DNA of 64,000 nt, from contig OZ251245.1 of the NCBI GenBank assembly GCA_965240325.2, forward strand, positions 682,001 through 746,000, in the 5' to 3' direction. Positions 12,017-25,500 of this stretch are shown here, one piece after another; position 1 is the first letter of the stretch, and each line of letters begins with the position of its first letter. Origin of the DNA: Rebecca billardiae RCC1528 (taxonomy: Eukaryota > Protista > Haptophyta). Below the pieces are notes generated by a model, which made no database searches, was not told the origin of the DNA, and saw nothing but the letters and a program-made list of their open reading frames with translations. The translations under genes were made by a program, and so were the position numbers.

Positions 12017-15000
12017 ATGCCGGCGCGTGGCTGGCGCCGCGCAGCGGCGGTTGCGCTCGTCCTCGGCGCCGCGCCGGTGGCGCCGCAGTTCCCGCCGCTC
12101 CCGCCCTCGCCGCCGTCCCCACCCTCGCCCCCGTCCCCGCCCTTGCCGCCCTCGCCCTCGCCGTCCGCTCTCGGCGCCGCGTGCGTCGACGGCCCGGACG
12201 GCAACCTGGTGTACACGGCTGGCGCGGTGCCGACGTGCTTCTCGGCGTTCACCTCGTCGGCGCTCACGTTCTCGGCGGCCGCGCTCGCGTGCTCCACGCT
12301 GGGCACCACGCACTCCCTCGTCGGCCGCCTCGCTCTCCCCGAGGACTCGGATGCACTCGCGTCAATCTACGTCGCGTTCTCACTGTCGGCTCTCAGCGGC
12401 GCCGGGCCGTGGCTCGACGGGAGCGACGCGCTGACGGAGGGCGTGTGGCTCGACTCGACGGGCGCGGCCGTCGGCTACCAGAACTGGCACCCCGACAACG
12501 ACCCGCCCGCGGCCGACCTCCTCCAAAACTGCATGCACATTCTCGCGCCGGCAACTTCCGGAGGTTTCTACGCGGACGCCGCGTGCACCGACTCGCTCGG
12601 GTACATCTGCCAGCTGCAAGAGGCGCAGCCCAGCCCGCCCAGCCCGCCGCCCAGCCCGCCGCCCAGCCCGCCGCCCAGCCCGCCGCCCAGCCCGCCGCCG
12701 AGCCCGCCTCCGCCCGCTCCGCCGCCGAGCCCGCCGCCGCCACGCCCGCCGCCCAGCCCGCCGCCCGCGGCGCCGCCATCGCCTCCGCCGAGCCCGCCGC
12801 CGAGCCCGCCGCCGAGCCCGCCGCCCAGCCCGCCGCCCAGCTCGCCACCCAGCCCGCCGCCGAGCCCGCCTCCGCCCGCTCCGCCGCCGAGCCCGCCGCC
12901 GAGCCCGCCGCCGAGCGCACCGCCGAGCCCGCCGCCACGCCCGCCGCCACGTCCGCCGCCCAGCCCACCACCCAGCCCGCCACCCAACCAGGCACCGCGC
13001 CCCCCGCCTTCGCCGCCGCCAAAGCCGCCGCCGAGCCCCCCGCCCAGCCCCCCGCCGAGCCCCCCGCCCAGCCCGCCCCCACCCGCGCCACCGCCGAGCC
13101 CACCCCCGCCAAGCCCGCCGCCAAGCCCGCCGCCGAGCGCGCCGCCGAGCCCACCGCCAAGCCCGCCGCCAAGCCCGCCGCCGAGCGCGCCGCCGAGCCC
13201 ACCGCCGAGCCCGCCGCCCTCGGCGCCGCCAAGCCCGCCGCCGAGCCCGCCGCCAAGCCCGCCGCCCATGCCGCCGCCATGCCCGCCGCCTAGCCCACCG
13301 CCCAGCTCACCGCCAAGCCTGCCGCCGCCGAGCCCGCCGCCCTCGCCGCCGCCCGGCTCGCCGCCAAGCCTGCCACCGACCCCTCCGCCACTGCCGCCGC
13401 CCTCGCCGCCGCCCTCGCCGCCGCCCTCGCCGCCACCTCCCGCGCCGCCCTCGTCGCCGCCGCCCCCAGCCGCACCGCCGTCGCCGCCGCCGAGCCCGCC
13501 GCCAGCCCCACCGCCGTCGCCGCCACCCACCCCCGCGCCAAGCCCAAGGCCGCCGCCGAGCCCGCCGCCACCGGGTGCGCCGCCAAGCCCGCCGCCCAGC
13601 CCGCCGCCCGGCGCGCCGCCAAGCCCACCGCCGAGCCCACCGCCGAGTCCGCCGCCGAGCTCTCCACCTGCGCCGCCTCCGGCTCCGCCGCCGAGCCCGC
13701 CGCCGAGCCTGCCGCCCAGCCCGCCACCCAGCCCGCCGCCACCCAGCCCGCCCAGCCCACCGAGCCCGCCGCCCGCGCCGCCGCCGAGCCCGCCGCCGAG
13801 CCCGCCGCCAAGCCCACCGCCAAGCCCGCCGCCAAGCCCGCCCCCTCCCTCGCCACCGCCCTCGCCACCGCCGAGCCCGCCGCCGAGCCCACCGCCAAGC
13901 CCGCCGCCCAGCCCGCCGCCGCCGAGCCCGCCGCCCAGCCCGCCGCCGAGCCCGCCGCCCAGCCCGCCACCGCCCTCGCCGCCGCCCAGCCCGCCTCCGC
14001 CCAGCCCGCCGCCCAGCCCGCCACCCAGCCCGCCTCCGTTCTCCCCGCCCTCGCCACCGAGCCCACCGCCCAGCCCCCCTCCAAGCCCGCCGCCACCCTT
14101 GCCGCCGCCCTCGCCGCCGCCCTCGCCGCCGCCGGCGCCGCCACCCAGCCCGCCGCCATCCCCGCCGCCGTCCCCGCCGCCGTCCCCGCCGCCGTCTCCG
14201 CCGCCCTCGCCGCCGCCCAGCCCGCCACCGCCCAGCCCGCCGCCCAGCCCGCCGCCCAGCCCGCCACCGAGCCCGCCGCCCAGCCCGCCGCCGAGCCCGC
14301 CCCCACCCTCGCCCCCACCCTCGCCGCCGCCCAGCCCGCCGCCATCGCCGCCGCCCAGCCCGCCGCCGCCCAGCCCGCCGCCCAGCCCGCCGCCCTCCCC
14401 GCCGCCGAGCCCGCCGCCGAGCCCACCGCCGCCATCGCCGCCACCCTCGCCGCCGCCGAGCCCGCCGCCCTCGCCACCGCCCAGCCCGCCGCCGAGCCCA
14501 CCCCCGCCTTCGCCACCGCCGAGCCCGCCACCCTCGCCGCCTCCAAGCCCGCCGCCCTCGCCGCCGCCGAGCCCGCCACCGTCGCCGCCGCCGAGCCCGC
14601 CGCCGAGCCCGCCGCCATCGCCACCGCCATCGCCGCCGCCCAGCCCGCCGCCGCCGCGCGCCCCGCCCTCGCCGCCACCGAGCCCGCCTCCCAGCCCGCC
14701 GCCGCCGTTGCCGCCGCCGAGCCCACCGCCGAGCCCGCCGCCGAGCCCGCCGCCACCGCGCCCGCCCCCGTCGCCGCCGCCATCGCCGCCGCCCAGCCCG
14801 CCGCCGCCACGCCCGCCACCCACGCTTCCGCCGTCGCCACCGCCGAGCCCGCCGCCGAGCCCGCCGCCGAGCCCGCCGCCATCCCCGCCGCCGAGCCCGC
14901 CGCCGAGCCCACCGCCGAGCCCGCCCCCGTCCCCACCGCCGGCCGCGCCACCAGAGCCGCCGCCGTCGCCTCCGCCGAGCCCGCCGCCGAGCCCGCCGCC

Positions 15001-16557
15001 GAGCCCGCCGCCGAGCCCGCCACCGCGCCGGCCGCCGCCGCTCCCGCCGCCGAGCCCGCCGCCGCAGCCGCCGCCGCCGAGCCCACCGCCGAGCCCGCCG
15101 CCGTTCAGCCCGCCGCCTCGGCTGCCGCCTCCGAGCCCACCCTCCGTGCCGCCGCAGCCGCCGCCTGTGCCGCCGCCAGCGAGCCCGCCCGCGCGCCCGC
15201 CGCCACTGCCGCCGCCGTCGCCGCCGCCACTGCCGCCGCCGTCGCCGCCGCCCATGCCGCCGCCGCCGCCGCCGCCACGGCCACCGCCACGGCCGCCGCC
15301 ACGGTCACCGCCGATGCCGCCACCCCCGCCGCCACCCTCGCCGCCGCCCGCGCCGCCACCGTCCTCGCCGCCCGCGCCGCCGCCACTGCCGCCGCCGCCG
15401 GCGCCACTGCCGCCGCCCGCGCCGCCACCCGCGCTGCCGCCGCCACCTCGCACCGAGCCGTTCCCGCCTCCCTCGCCGCCGAGCCCGCCGCCCAGTGCGC
15501 CTCCGCCGTCGCCGCCACCATCGCCGCCACCCTCGTCGCCGCCCGCGCCGCCACCGTCGCCGCCACCATCGCCGCCACCGTCGGCGCCTCCGAGCCCGCC
15601 GCCCGGCCCGCCGCCCAGCCCACCGCCGAGTCCGCCGCCGCCATCGCCGCCGCCATCGCCACCGCCGAGCCCGCCACCGTCCCCGCCGCCGAGCCCGCCG
15701 CCCGGCCCGCCGCCCAGCCCGCCGCCGTCGCCTCCGCCCAGCCCGCCACCGAGCCCGCCACCGAGCCCGCCGCCCAGCCCGCCGCCCAGCCCGCCGCCGA
15801 GCCCACCGCCATCGCCGCCGCCGAGCCCGCCGCCCAGCCCGCCGCCCAGCCCGCCGCCCAGCCCGCCGCCCAGCCCGCCGCCACGCCCGCCACCCTCGCC
15901 GCCTCCGAGCCCACCGCCGCGGCCGCCGCCGCCGACACCTCCCCCGAGCCCGCCACCCTCGCCGCCGCCCTCGCCGCCGCCGTCCCAGCCGCCGCCGCCG
16001 CCCTCGCCCTCGCCGCCGCCGCCCTCGCCGCCGCCGCCCGCCCCGCCCGCGCCGCCCCCAACCCCGCCGCCGCCGCCGCGCGTCGAGCCGTTCCCGCCGC
16101 CCTCGCCGCCCTCGCCGCCGCCACCCTCGCCGCCGCCGCCGCCCTCGCCCCCGCCGCCGGGCACCGTCTACTTCATCCGGCTCGTGCTCGAGGGGAGCCT
16201 GGCCGAATTCGACGGCGGCGACGAGGAGAGAGTTTTGGGCGCGCTGGCGGCGCGGCTCCAGCTGCCGCGCCGCAGCCTCGCGGTGCGCTCGCGCGCCGAC
16301 GCGTCCATCGTGCTCGTCGTCGCGGTGTACGCGGCCGCGACGGACCCGGTCGACGCGCCAGCCGTCCTGGCGGCCGCAGGCACCGACGCAATCTCCGCCG
16401 ATCTCGGCGTGCCTCTTCTCGAGCCGCCGGCCGAATTGTTCGGCGGCTGCACTGAGACGGCGGCGCTCAACTACGACTCGAGCGCGACCTTCGACGACGG
16501 GCGGTACTGCGAGTACTCCGCGCCGCCGAGCCCGCCGCCGAGCCCGCCACCGGCGCC

Positions 16558-16588
<31 letters not shown>

Positions 16589-19500
16589 TCGCCGCCGCCG
16601 CCCAGCCCGCCCGACCGGCGCGGCGCGAGCGTGGTGGTCGCCGTGTCGTCTGTGCGATTCTCAGTGGAAGGCCTCTTGGCGTGGGTGGCGGAGGGCACGC
16701 TGGTGTGGTGGGCGCGGCCCAACGCCGTCGCCGGCAGCGGCGCGAACTGCTCGGACACCGCCGCGTCGGCGCCGGACGCCAGCCTGGGCGGCGCGCAGCC
16801 TGTGAGCGCCGCCGGAGCCGCCAACTTCAGCGCCAACGAGACGGGGCGCGGCTTTGAGTTGTGTGCCGCCGTGACGTTGGGCGGCGGCGGCGGCGGCGGC
16901 GCGGAGGGGCTGCCGTGGCAGCTTGACCTCTTCTCCGTGGCAGCCGTCGAGCCCGTCACCGTCGCCGAGCGCGTGAGCACCGAGCTCCGGCTCACGGTGC
17001 TGCCCGTCGCACGCTCGGGCGACCGCGCCGCGTGGGTGCCGGCGGGCGCAGGCGGCTGCGCGAGCGCTCCGCGCGCCGCGCTCGGCGGCGCGGCGGCGGT
17101 GGGCGCGGGTGGCGTGGTGACGCTCACGCCGACGCTCGGCGGTGCCGGCGCGGACGGCTGGCTCGAGCTGTGCTACGCCTTCGACGGGCTCAGCCCCGGC
17201 GCGGGCGGCGTCGACGGCGGCAGCGGCGACCGGTACATGCATTTCGGTTCCGTGCGAGCGCGCGTGCTCGGACTCACGTCGGCGACGGTGGAGCGCGCTG
17301 GCGGCGGCGGCGGGGCGCAGCGCGCCGCGGCCGGCCTGCCGGCTGACGTCGTCTTCAACGGCACGGGCGTGTCGGACGGCGACATCGCGGCGTGGGTGCC
17401 GCCGCCGTCCGCGGGCGGCGGCTGCGCGCCCGTTGACGAAACGACGGGCCTCCCGCGCGCGGCGGTGGCCGGCGGCGTCGCGGTCGTGTCGGCCGGCCGC
17501 GCGGCCGCCGTCACCTTCGCCGAGCCCGCGGCGGGCCTGCGAATGTGCTACCGGCTGAGTGCGGCGGCGGGCGCGCCGTGGGTCGCGTACGACGCCGCCG
17601 ACGGCGTGGACGCCGCGCTTTCCCTCAACGTCTCCGGCGTCGCCGCCCCGCTCGCGCTACTGGCTGTGGCGGGCGCCTCTGAGGCAGTGCAGTGGACTGG
17701 CGTCGGGCTGGGTGCTGGCGACGTCGCACGCTGGGTGCCCGCCTCGACGGGCGCGGCGGAGGGCGCGGGCGCGTGCACCGGCGCGCTCGCGACGCCCGGC
17801 TCGCTCGTCGACGCCGCCGGCCGCGCGACCATCCCCGCGCTGCCGCCGTCGGACCTGCTCTGGCTCTGCTACGCACTCGCCCCCGTTGGCGGCGGCGGCG
17901 CCGACGTTGGCGGCGCCGACGGCGCCGGCGGCGCCGGCGGTGCCGACGGCGGTGTGGGCACCGAGTTTGCGCTTCGGCCGAACGTCACGCTCGCCGTGGT
18001 AGGTGCCACCGCCGCGCTCGACGCGCGCGTGGTGGTTGGCGCGGCGCCGACCGCGCTCGACCTCAGCGCCGCCATCGCCGGCGTTCGCGCGGCGGAGGAT
18101 GCGGCGCACTGGGTAGCGCGCGGCGCGGCCGGCGCGTGCGCGCCGGGCGGTGCCCGTGCGGATTTGGGCGCGGTGGCGGCGCTGGGCGCGGGGGCGGTGC
18201 TATCGCTCGAGCTCGGCGCGCCGCCCGACCCCGCGACGACGGCGCTCCCGCTCGAGCTCTGCCTCGCGCTCCGCGGCGGCGCGCGCTACCACCACGTCCC
18301 CAATGTCACGCTCTCCCCTCTGCACGTCATGGGGCCCGCGGCGGCGCGCGCCGTCGTCGGCGTCGCCAAGAGGCTGGTCTTCGAAGGCCTCGGCGTGGGC
18401 GCGGGCGACGAGGCGTTCTACGCGGCGCCGGGCTCGAGCTCGTGCGCCGGCGCAGACGCCGACCCGGCCGCCGCCGCCGCCGCCGCGGCCGTCGGCAACT
18501 GGCTCCGGCTGGACGCGGCCGGCGGCGCCGAGTTCAACGCGAGCGTCGCAGTCTCCTCAGCCCCCCTCTGCTTTCGGTTCGCAGCCACCGGCGCCTTCGT
18601 GCTGTACGGCGGCGCGTCGGGCGGGTTCGAGCGCGTGCTGCACGCGCTCGACGTGACCGGGCCGGCGGAGAGCGTCGCGGTCGTCGGCATGCCCGAGACC
18701 ATCGCGCTCGCCGGCGTCGGGCTCGCGGGGAGTGACTTTGCTGCGTGGGTGCGCGCGGACGGCGGCGAGCTCGGCGCGGCACGCGCGTGCGCGCACGCGC
18801 TCGGCGGCGCGAACGGGAGCAACGCGTCCGCCGCCGCGGGCGTGGCGCACGACGAGCTGATCCTCCGCGTCGGGCCCACCGCCGGCGGCGAAGCGGCGGG
18901 CGCGCTCGGCCTCGCGTTCACGCCGCTGTCCGCCTCGGCGCCGCCAGCGTGGGCGCCACCCGACGCCGGCGCACCGCTCGCGCCGCCGCCCGCCGAGTCC
19001 GGGCTGGTATTGTGCTACGCGTTCGCGGGCGAGCCGGCCGCGGCGCGGCCGGCGGTGCGGCTGCACGTGTTCGACCTCGCGCCGCGCAACGGCAGCTACA
19101 TGGCGGTGACGCGCGCGCCCAAGCGGCTCCCGTTCGCCGGGTACGGCGTCCAAGCGGGCGACCGAGCCTACTGGCTCGCGGCGGGCGCGGCCGATGCGCC
19201 GAGCGCGTGCGCGGGCGCCGCGCCGGCTGACGCGTATGGCGGGGTGGTCGGCGTGGACGGCGGCGGCGAGGCGACGCTCGAGGCGAGCGCGGGCGCGCTC
19301 GGCCTCAGCCTGTGCTACGCCTTCGGCGCCGAGCCGTTCAAGCACTACGCCTCTCACCGCCTCGACCTGCTGACCGTGACCGGGCCGGCGGCGAGTCTGC
19401 TCGTCGCTGGCCAATCAAAGGCGATCGCGCTGAGCGGCGTCGGGCTGAGCGCGGGCGACCGCGCGTTCTGGGCGCCGGCGAACGCGAGCGCGCGCGCGGG

Positions 19501-22500
19501 CGTCGAGTGCGCCGGCGCCCCCGACCCGCGCTGGGGCGGCGAGGCCGTCCTCGCTCCCGGACCGTCCGGACTCCTCGCGCCCTTTTCCGCGCCGAGCGCG
19601 AGCCACCCGGACCTCCGCCTCTGCTTCCGCCACCGCGCGGAGCCGTATGCCGCGCACGCGGGCGTGCGCGCGGTGGCGGCGGAGGTGCTGGGCCCGGCGG
19701 AGGTGGTGGCGATCGCGGGATTCGCCGAGCGCGTCGTCTGGCAGGGCGTGGGCGTGAGCGCGGCGGACACCGCGCTCTGGCTCCGCGCGGACGCGGGCGC
19801 GGCCGAGCGGTGCGCCGCTCGGCAGGCGGACGCGGCGCTCGGCGGCGCGCTCGCCGTCAGCCGCTCGGGAGCGTCTCGCTTCACGGCGGCGCCGAGCGTG
19901 CTGCTGGGCAACAGCAGCAGCGGCGGCGGCGGCGGCTTCGCCGCGCCGTCCTTCGCGCTGTGCTACGCCTTCGCCGCCGAGCCCCCGCGGCTGTTTTCAA
20001 ACGTCACGCTCACGGTCCGAGGGCTTGTGGGGCTGAGCGGCGCGCGGCGCGCGCTCGCCGGCACGGCGCACACGGCGGGGCTGGTAGGCGTGGGCGTGTC
20101 CGACGAGGACTCGGCGTACTGGGTGCTGCCCACGGCGGAGCAGGCGGCGGGCGGCGGCGCGGACCCGTGCGCCGCCGCCGAGCTCGGCGCGCGCACCATG
20201 CACGGGGGGCTGATGCGAGTGCGAGACGCGCGCGTCACAGCAACTTTCCTGCCCATCGCCGCTGCCGAGGGGTTCGCCCTGTGCTACCAGTTCGCCGGCG
20301 AGCCGTTCCGCTTCTACCCCGCGCTCACGCTCGACGTGCTCGCGGTGCGCACGCCCGAGGCGACCATCGCGGTCGAGCGCGAGCTCGAGCTCGTGCGCTT
20401 GGGCGGCGCGGGCGTGCGCGCGGGCGACCAGGCGGCGTGGGTGCTCGCCGCGCCGGGCGGCGGCGGCGGCGCGGACGCGCCGTGCGACGGCGAAGCGGAC
20501 GCGGTGGGCAACTCGACGGTGGGCTCGCTCGACGAGTCGCTCGTCGCCAACTTCACGTTCCGCGGCGTGTTCACCGGCCTCGAGCTCTGCTACCGCTTCG
20601 GCGGCGCGCGAGGGGGCCTGCCGTGGGTGCGCTACCCTGCTGTGAGCCTGTCAGTGGCGTACCCGCCAGACCCGTTCGCCTACGCGGAGCTGAGCGGGCT
20701 GGTGCCGTCGGGCGCGCCGCTCGGCGGCGAGGGCACGCGCGTCACCGTGCGCGGCCGCGGCTTCGAGCCCGCCGTGGCGGAGGCGCGCATCATCCGGTGC
20801 ATCGTCGACGGTGTCGTCGCGCCCGCGCTCACCGTCACGCCGCGCACCATCGAGTGCCTGGCCAACACGAGCCGCACGGCGGGCGCGAGCGTGCCGCTCG
20901 CCGTCTGGGCGGACGAGCTGGACAACGCGACCGGCCTGCCGCGCGAGCCGATCCTTGTCACCTCCGCCTTCGGCTTCTACGACCCGCGCTCGGTGGCGGC
21001 GGAGGCGGTCGTGCCGCTCGGCACGCACCAGGCGCGCGAAGGCTCGCAGATCGACATCCGAGTGGCCAACCTGACCGACTACGGCCGCCTGAGTGTGCAG
21101 TTCGCGAACCGCGCCGCGCCGGTGCGCGCGTTCCGACCGGACGCAGGCGAGCCGATCATCCGCTGCGCCGCGCCGTACATCTCGCCCTTCCTCCCCGAGG
21201 CGGTGATCGGGCTCGAGGTGAGCCTGGACGGCGTCACGTTCACGCGCTCCGACCCGCCGGTGGCGTTTACGCTGTACACGTCGGCGGTCGCGGCGATCAC
21301 GCCGCAGGGCGGGCCGCGAGGCTTCCCGACGCTCGTCACGCTGAGCGGCACCGGCTTCGTCAGGCTGGAGGACGCGGCCGCATGCATCTTCACGCCGAGC
21401 GGCGCGGCGGCGGCGGCGGCGGCGGGCGCCGAGGCCTCGGACGAGGAGGAGGACGAGGCGGCGGCGGGCGCGGGTGCCGCCTTCCAGTCCGGTGCGGACG
21501 TGCGCAGCGCGGTGCAGGTCGTCTGCCCGGTGCCCGACGGCGTGGGCGTGGGCGTGTACGACGTCGCGCTCACGCTGAACGGCGGGATCGACATCGAGCC
21601 AAACCGCTTCGACGAGATCCGCTTCACCGTGTACGAGCCTGGGATTGCGCGCCTGCTTCGCCTCGAGCCGCCCGCCGGGCCGGTGCGCGGCGGCACGGCG
21701 GTGACGCTGCTCGGCGAGGGCTTCCTCGACCTCGGGCCCGGCCAGCTGTGCTGCGTGCTGCGCACCGCGCCCGCGCCCGCGTCGTCGGCGCTCGCCGAGC
21801 CGTGCGCGGCGCCCGCCACCCTTCTGCCCGCACTGGACAACGCGACGACGCGCGCCGTGTGCACCGCGCCCGCCGCGCCCGCCGCGCCCGCGGGCGGCGC
21901 GCTGTGGACCGCCGCCAGCCTCGAGCTCAGCATCAACGCGGGCGTCCCCGGATCCACCACCGCGAGCGCGCTGCGGTTCGTCTGGTACGCCCCGCCGACC
22001 GTCTCGGCCGTCGAGCCGTCGAGCGGCGACGCGAATGGCGGGCTGCGCGTCACGCTCGCGGGGGCGGGCTTCCGGGCTCTGGCGGACGCGAGCGTGGCGT
22101 CGGCGGGCGCGGCGCCGCTCGCGAGCTACGCGCGCGTGCGCTTCGGCGCCGCGCTCGCGCCGCCGCCGCTCGCGCTGCGCGCCGGCACGCTGGACGTGCT
22201 CACGCCGTACGGTGACGACGGCGCGCGCGCGCCAGTCACCGTCGCGCTCAACGGCCAGCAGTTTGACTCGCTGGCCGCGCCGCCGGGCGGCGCCGAGGGC
22301 GCGGCGGCCGTCACGTTCGGGTACGTCGGCTTGCACGCGCCCGCGCTGCTTTCGGCGGCCTTCGACGCGCAGGCCACGTCGCTGCTGCTGCGCTTTGACG
22401 CGCAGCCGACCGACCGCGCGGGGATGGCGGGCGTGCAGCCGTGCGCCCTCGTGCTCGACGACGCCACCGTGGCCACGCTGCGCGGCGAGCCCTCCGCGCC

Positions 22501-25500
22501 GCAGCCGCAGTGCTACTGGGCTGACGACAGCACGCTGGTCGCGCCCCTCCGAACGGAGACGGCGATGGCCCCGGGGCGCGCCGTCGCCGTGCGCGACGGC
22601 GCGCTCCGGCCCGCCGGCTTTGGCGGCTCGTGCGACGGCGGCCACCCGCTGTGCGCGTCGGCCGCGCGCGGCGGCGCGGCGACGATCAGTGTCGACGCGC
22701 CGTGCGAGGGAGGTTGCCCGCCGGTGGCCGCGTCGATCAGCGCGCCGTCGCTCGTCTCGGCCTGCCCCAACTCGACGCTCACACTCGACGCGTCCGCCTC
22801 CGCCGGCGGCGGCATCAAGCCGCTCAGCTTCAAGTGGCGGGTGGACCCGCGGCTCTCGGACTTCCCGGACTTTTTGAACGCGCGGCTCGGCGCGCTGTCG
22901 CCGGAGACGTCCGCGCTGACGCTCACCGCCGACGACGACCTGAACGGCGAGCGCTTTGTCTTCCTGCTCCGCGTCAGCTCCTTCCTCGGCCTCACCTCGG
23001 AGGTGCTCGACTGGGCTGTCGTGCGCTCGGGCAGCGCCGTGCCGACGCTCTCGATCGACGGCCCGCCGGTCGTGCGCGCGCGCGCGGCGGCGGCTGTGCT
23101 GCTGCAGGGGCGCGCGCAGGCGGCACCATGCTGGCCGCCGGAGGCGTCGGGCTCGATCGCGTTCGAATGGGCGCACAACGGCACGCTGGACAGCGAGACG
23201 GGCGCTCTGCTCGCCGGCGCGCCCGCGCTCGCGCTCGCCGGCGCGGACAAGGCCACCCTCTCGCTCCCACCGTTTTCGCTGAGCGCGGGGCGCACCTACT
23301 TGCTCACGCTGACCGCCACGATGGCGGACGCGCCCGGCGTCGCCTCGAGCGCGGCGGTGGCGGTGGCGGTGCTCGCGGAGCCGCTGCGCGCGGTGATCAG
23401 CGGCGGCGACCGCACCGCGAGCGTCGCGGACGCCCTTCAGATCGACGGCTCGGCCTCATACGACCCGAATGTGCATGCAGCCGCCGTCGCCGAGAGCGGC
23501 GGCGCGCCGCTCGCGTTCAACTGGACGATCACGCGGCTCAACGGCACCGCGGCGGGCAGCGGCGGCGAGTCCGGGGCCCTGGGCGCCGTGCAGCTCCCCG
23601 CGGGCGTCGACGGCGCCGCGCCGGCGCTCACACTGCCGGCGGGCGCGCTCGGCGCAGGCGTGTATTCGGTCCGGCTGACCGTGTCGCGCGCCGACGCTGC
23701 CGCCGCCTCCGCGGGCGCGGCCACCGCCGCGATCACAGTGACGCTGCTCGGCGCGCGCGTGCCGACGATCGCCTTCGAGCCGCTCGCGCGCGCCAAGTAC
23801 CCCGCCGTGTGGGCGCGGCCCACCGAGCGCCTCTCCATCCGCACGCGCGTCAGCGCGGGCGGCGGCGGCGCGCCGCCGGCAGGCGTTTACACTTACGCGT
23901 GGCGAGCGTACGCGGTCACCGCCGCGGGCGCGCCGCTCGGCGCCGAGCTGGAACTGCGCGACGCGGCGGCGGTGACGACGACGGGCGCGGCGCAGCCCAC
24001 CCTCGGCCTGCGCAGCGGCGCGCTCACGCCGGGCGCCACCTACGAGTTCGAGCTAACCGTGCTCGGCGGCGACGCGCCGGCGGTCGGCGCCGTCCGGGTC
24101 GAGATCAACCGGCCGCCGTTTGGCGGCGTGTTTGGCGTGACGCCGAGCGTGGGCGGCGTGGCGCAGGGCGTGGCGCTGCGCACGCGCTTCGAGTTCAGGG
24201 CGTCCTTCTGGACCGACGACGCCGACGACCTGCCGCTCGAGTACGCCTTCGGCCTCAAGGCGGCGGCCGCGGGCGCCGCGGCCGAGCTGGCGGGCGGCGC
24301 AGCCGAGTCGCAAGCACTCTCCGAGCGCGTGCGCTCCCAGTCAGTGCGCACGGTGCTGCCAGCTGGCGAGCACGTCGCGACTGTAACCATCTACGACCGG
24401 AGCGGCGGGCGCGCGGTGGCCGAGGTGGGTGTGCTCGTCCGCGCGCCCGCGGCCGTCTCGCAGTCGGAGCTCGCGCTCGCGCTCGCCGCGGCCGACAGCG
24501 CCGCGGCCGCCGGCCAGCCCGCGGAGACGCGCCAAATCGTCACGGCCATCGCCTCGGCCGCCGCGCGCGGAGGGAGCGGCGGCGGCGAGGAGGACGACGA
24601 CGCGGGGCGCGCGGGGATCACCTCGCAGCTGCTCGAGCTCACCGCGCGCGCGACCGCCGCGGGCGTGGACACGCCCACGTCGCGGCTGCAGGCCTCGGGC
24701 ACGCTAGCGGCGGTCCTCGGCGCAGCGCCCGAGGGCAAGCTCGACGGCGGCGCGCAGGCGTCGGCGAGCGCGCAGCTCGCGAGCGTGGCGCGCGCGGCCG
24801 CGACGGACGGCGTCGAGACGACGCTCACGACCAACGTGCTCGACGGGCTCGAGCAGGTGCTGCGGGCGAACCAGTCCACCGCCGCGGTGACGGCGGCGCA
24901 GCGCGCCGCCGTCGACGGCGCCGTTGTGGACGTGGCCGCGGGCATGGCGCGCGCATTCGTCGCAGGTGCGGTCTCTGGCGAGGCGCGGGCGAGCGCGTCC
25001 ACTGAGCGCGTGGCCATCTCGGCGGGCAGGCAGAGCGCCGAGGCGCTGGGCGGCACGGCGCTCGACGCGCCGGGCGTGCCCGGCGGCAGCGTCGCGCTGC
25101 CCCCGTCCGTGTTCGACGCGCACGCCGCCGAAGCACTTTCGGACGGCGTCGACGTGCTGCTCTATTCGCTCAACCGAGATGTGTATCTCGTGGACCAGCC
25201 TGCGGCCGCGTCTGGCGGGCTGGACGGCGTGGACGCGGGGAACGGCGTGGGCCGGCTGGGCCGGCGCGGCTCGAGGCTGCTCTCCGCCACCGCGGCGAGC
25301 GCGAGCACCGCCGCCGAGCTCCGCGTGCGAGACCTCCAGGGCGATGAGCGCGTGACGCTGCTCCTGCGGCGTCTGCCTGACTCGCAACTCGACACGCCCG
25401 CGCTGCCGGCGGCGCCGTGCGCCGAGGACGCGGAGTGCGGCCCGGCGGGCGAGTGCGCGGCGGAGGGCGTGTGCCAGTGCCTGGGCGAGTGGCACGGCCC

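Noticed and set aside
12568-16164. 1,198-aa Gly-rich ORF on the minus strand, and the many other long Arg/Ala-rich overlapping ORFs
   Set aside because: Antisense or alternative-frame shadows of GC-rich coding DNA, where stop codons are rare.
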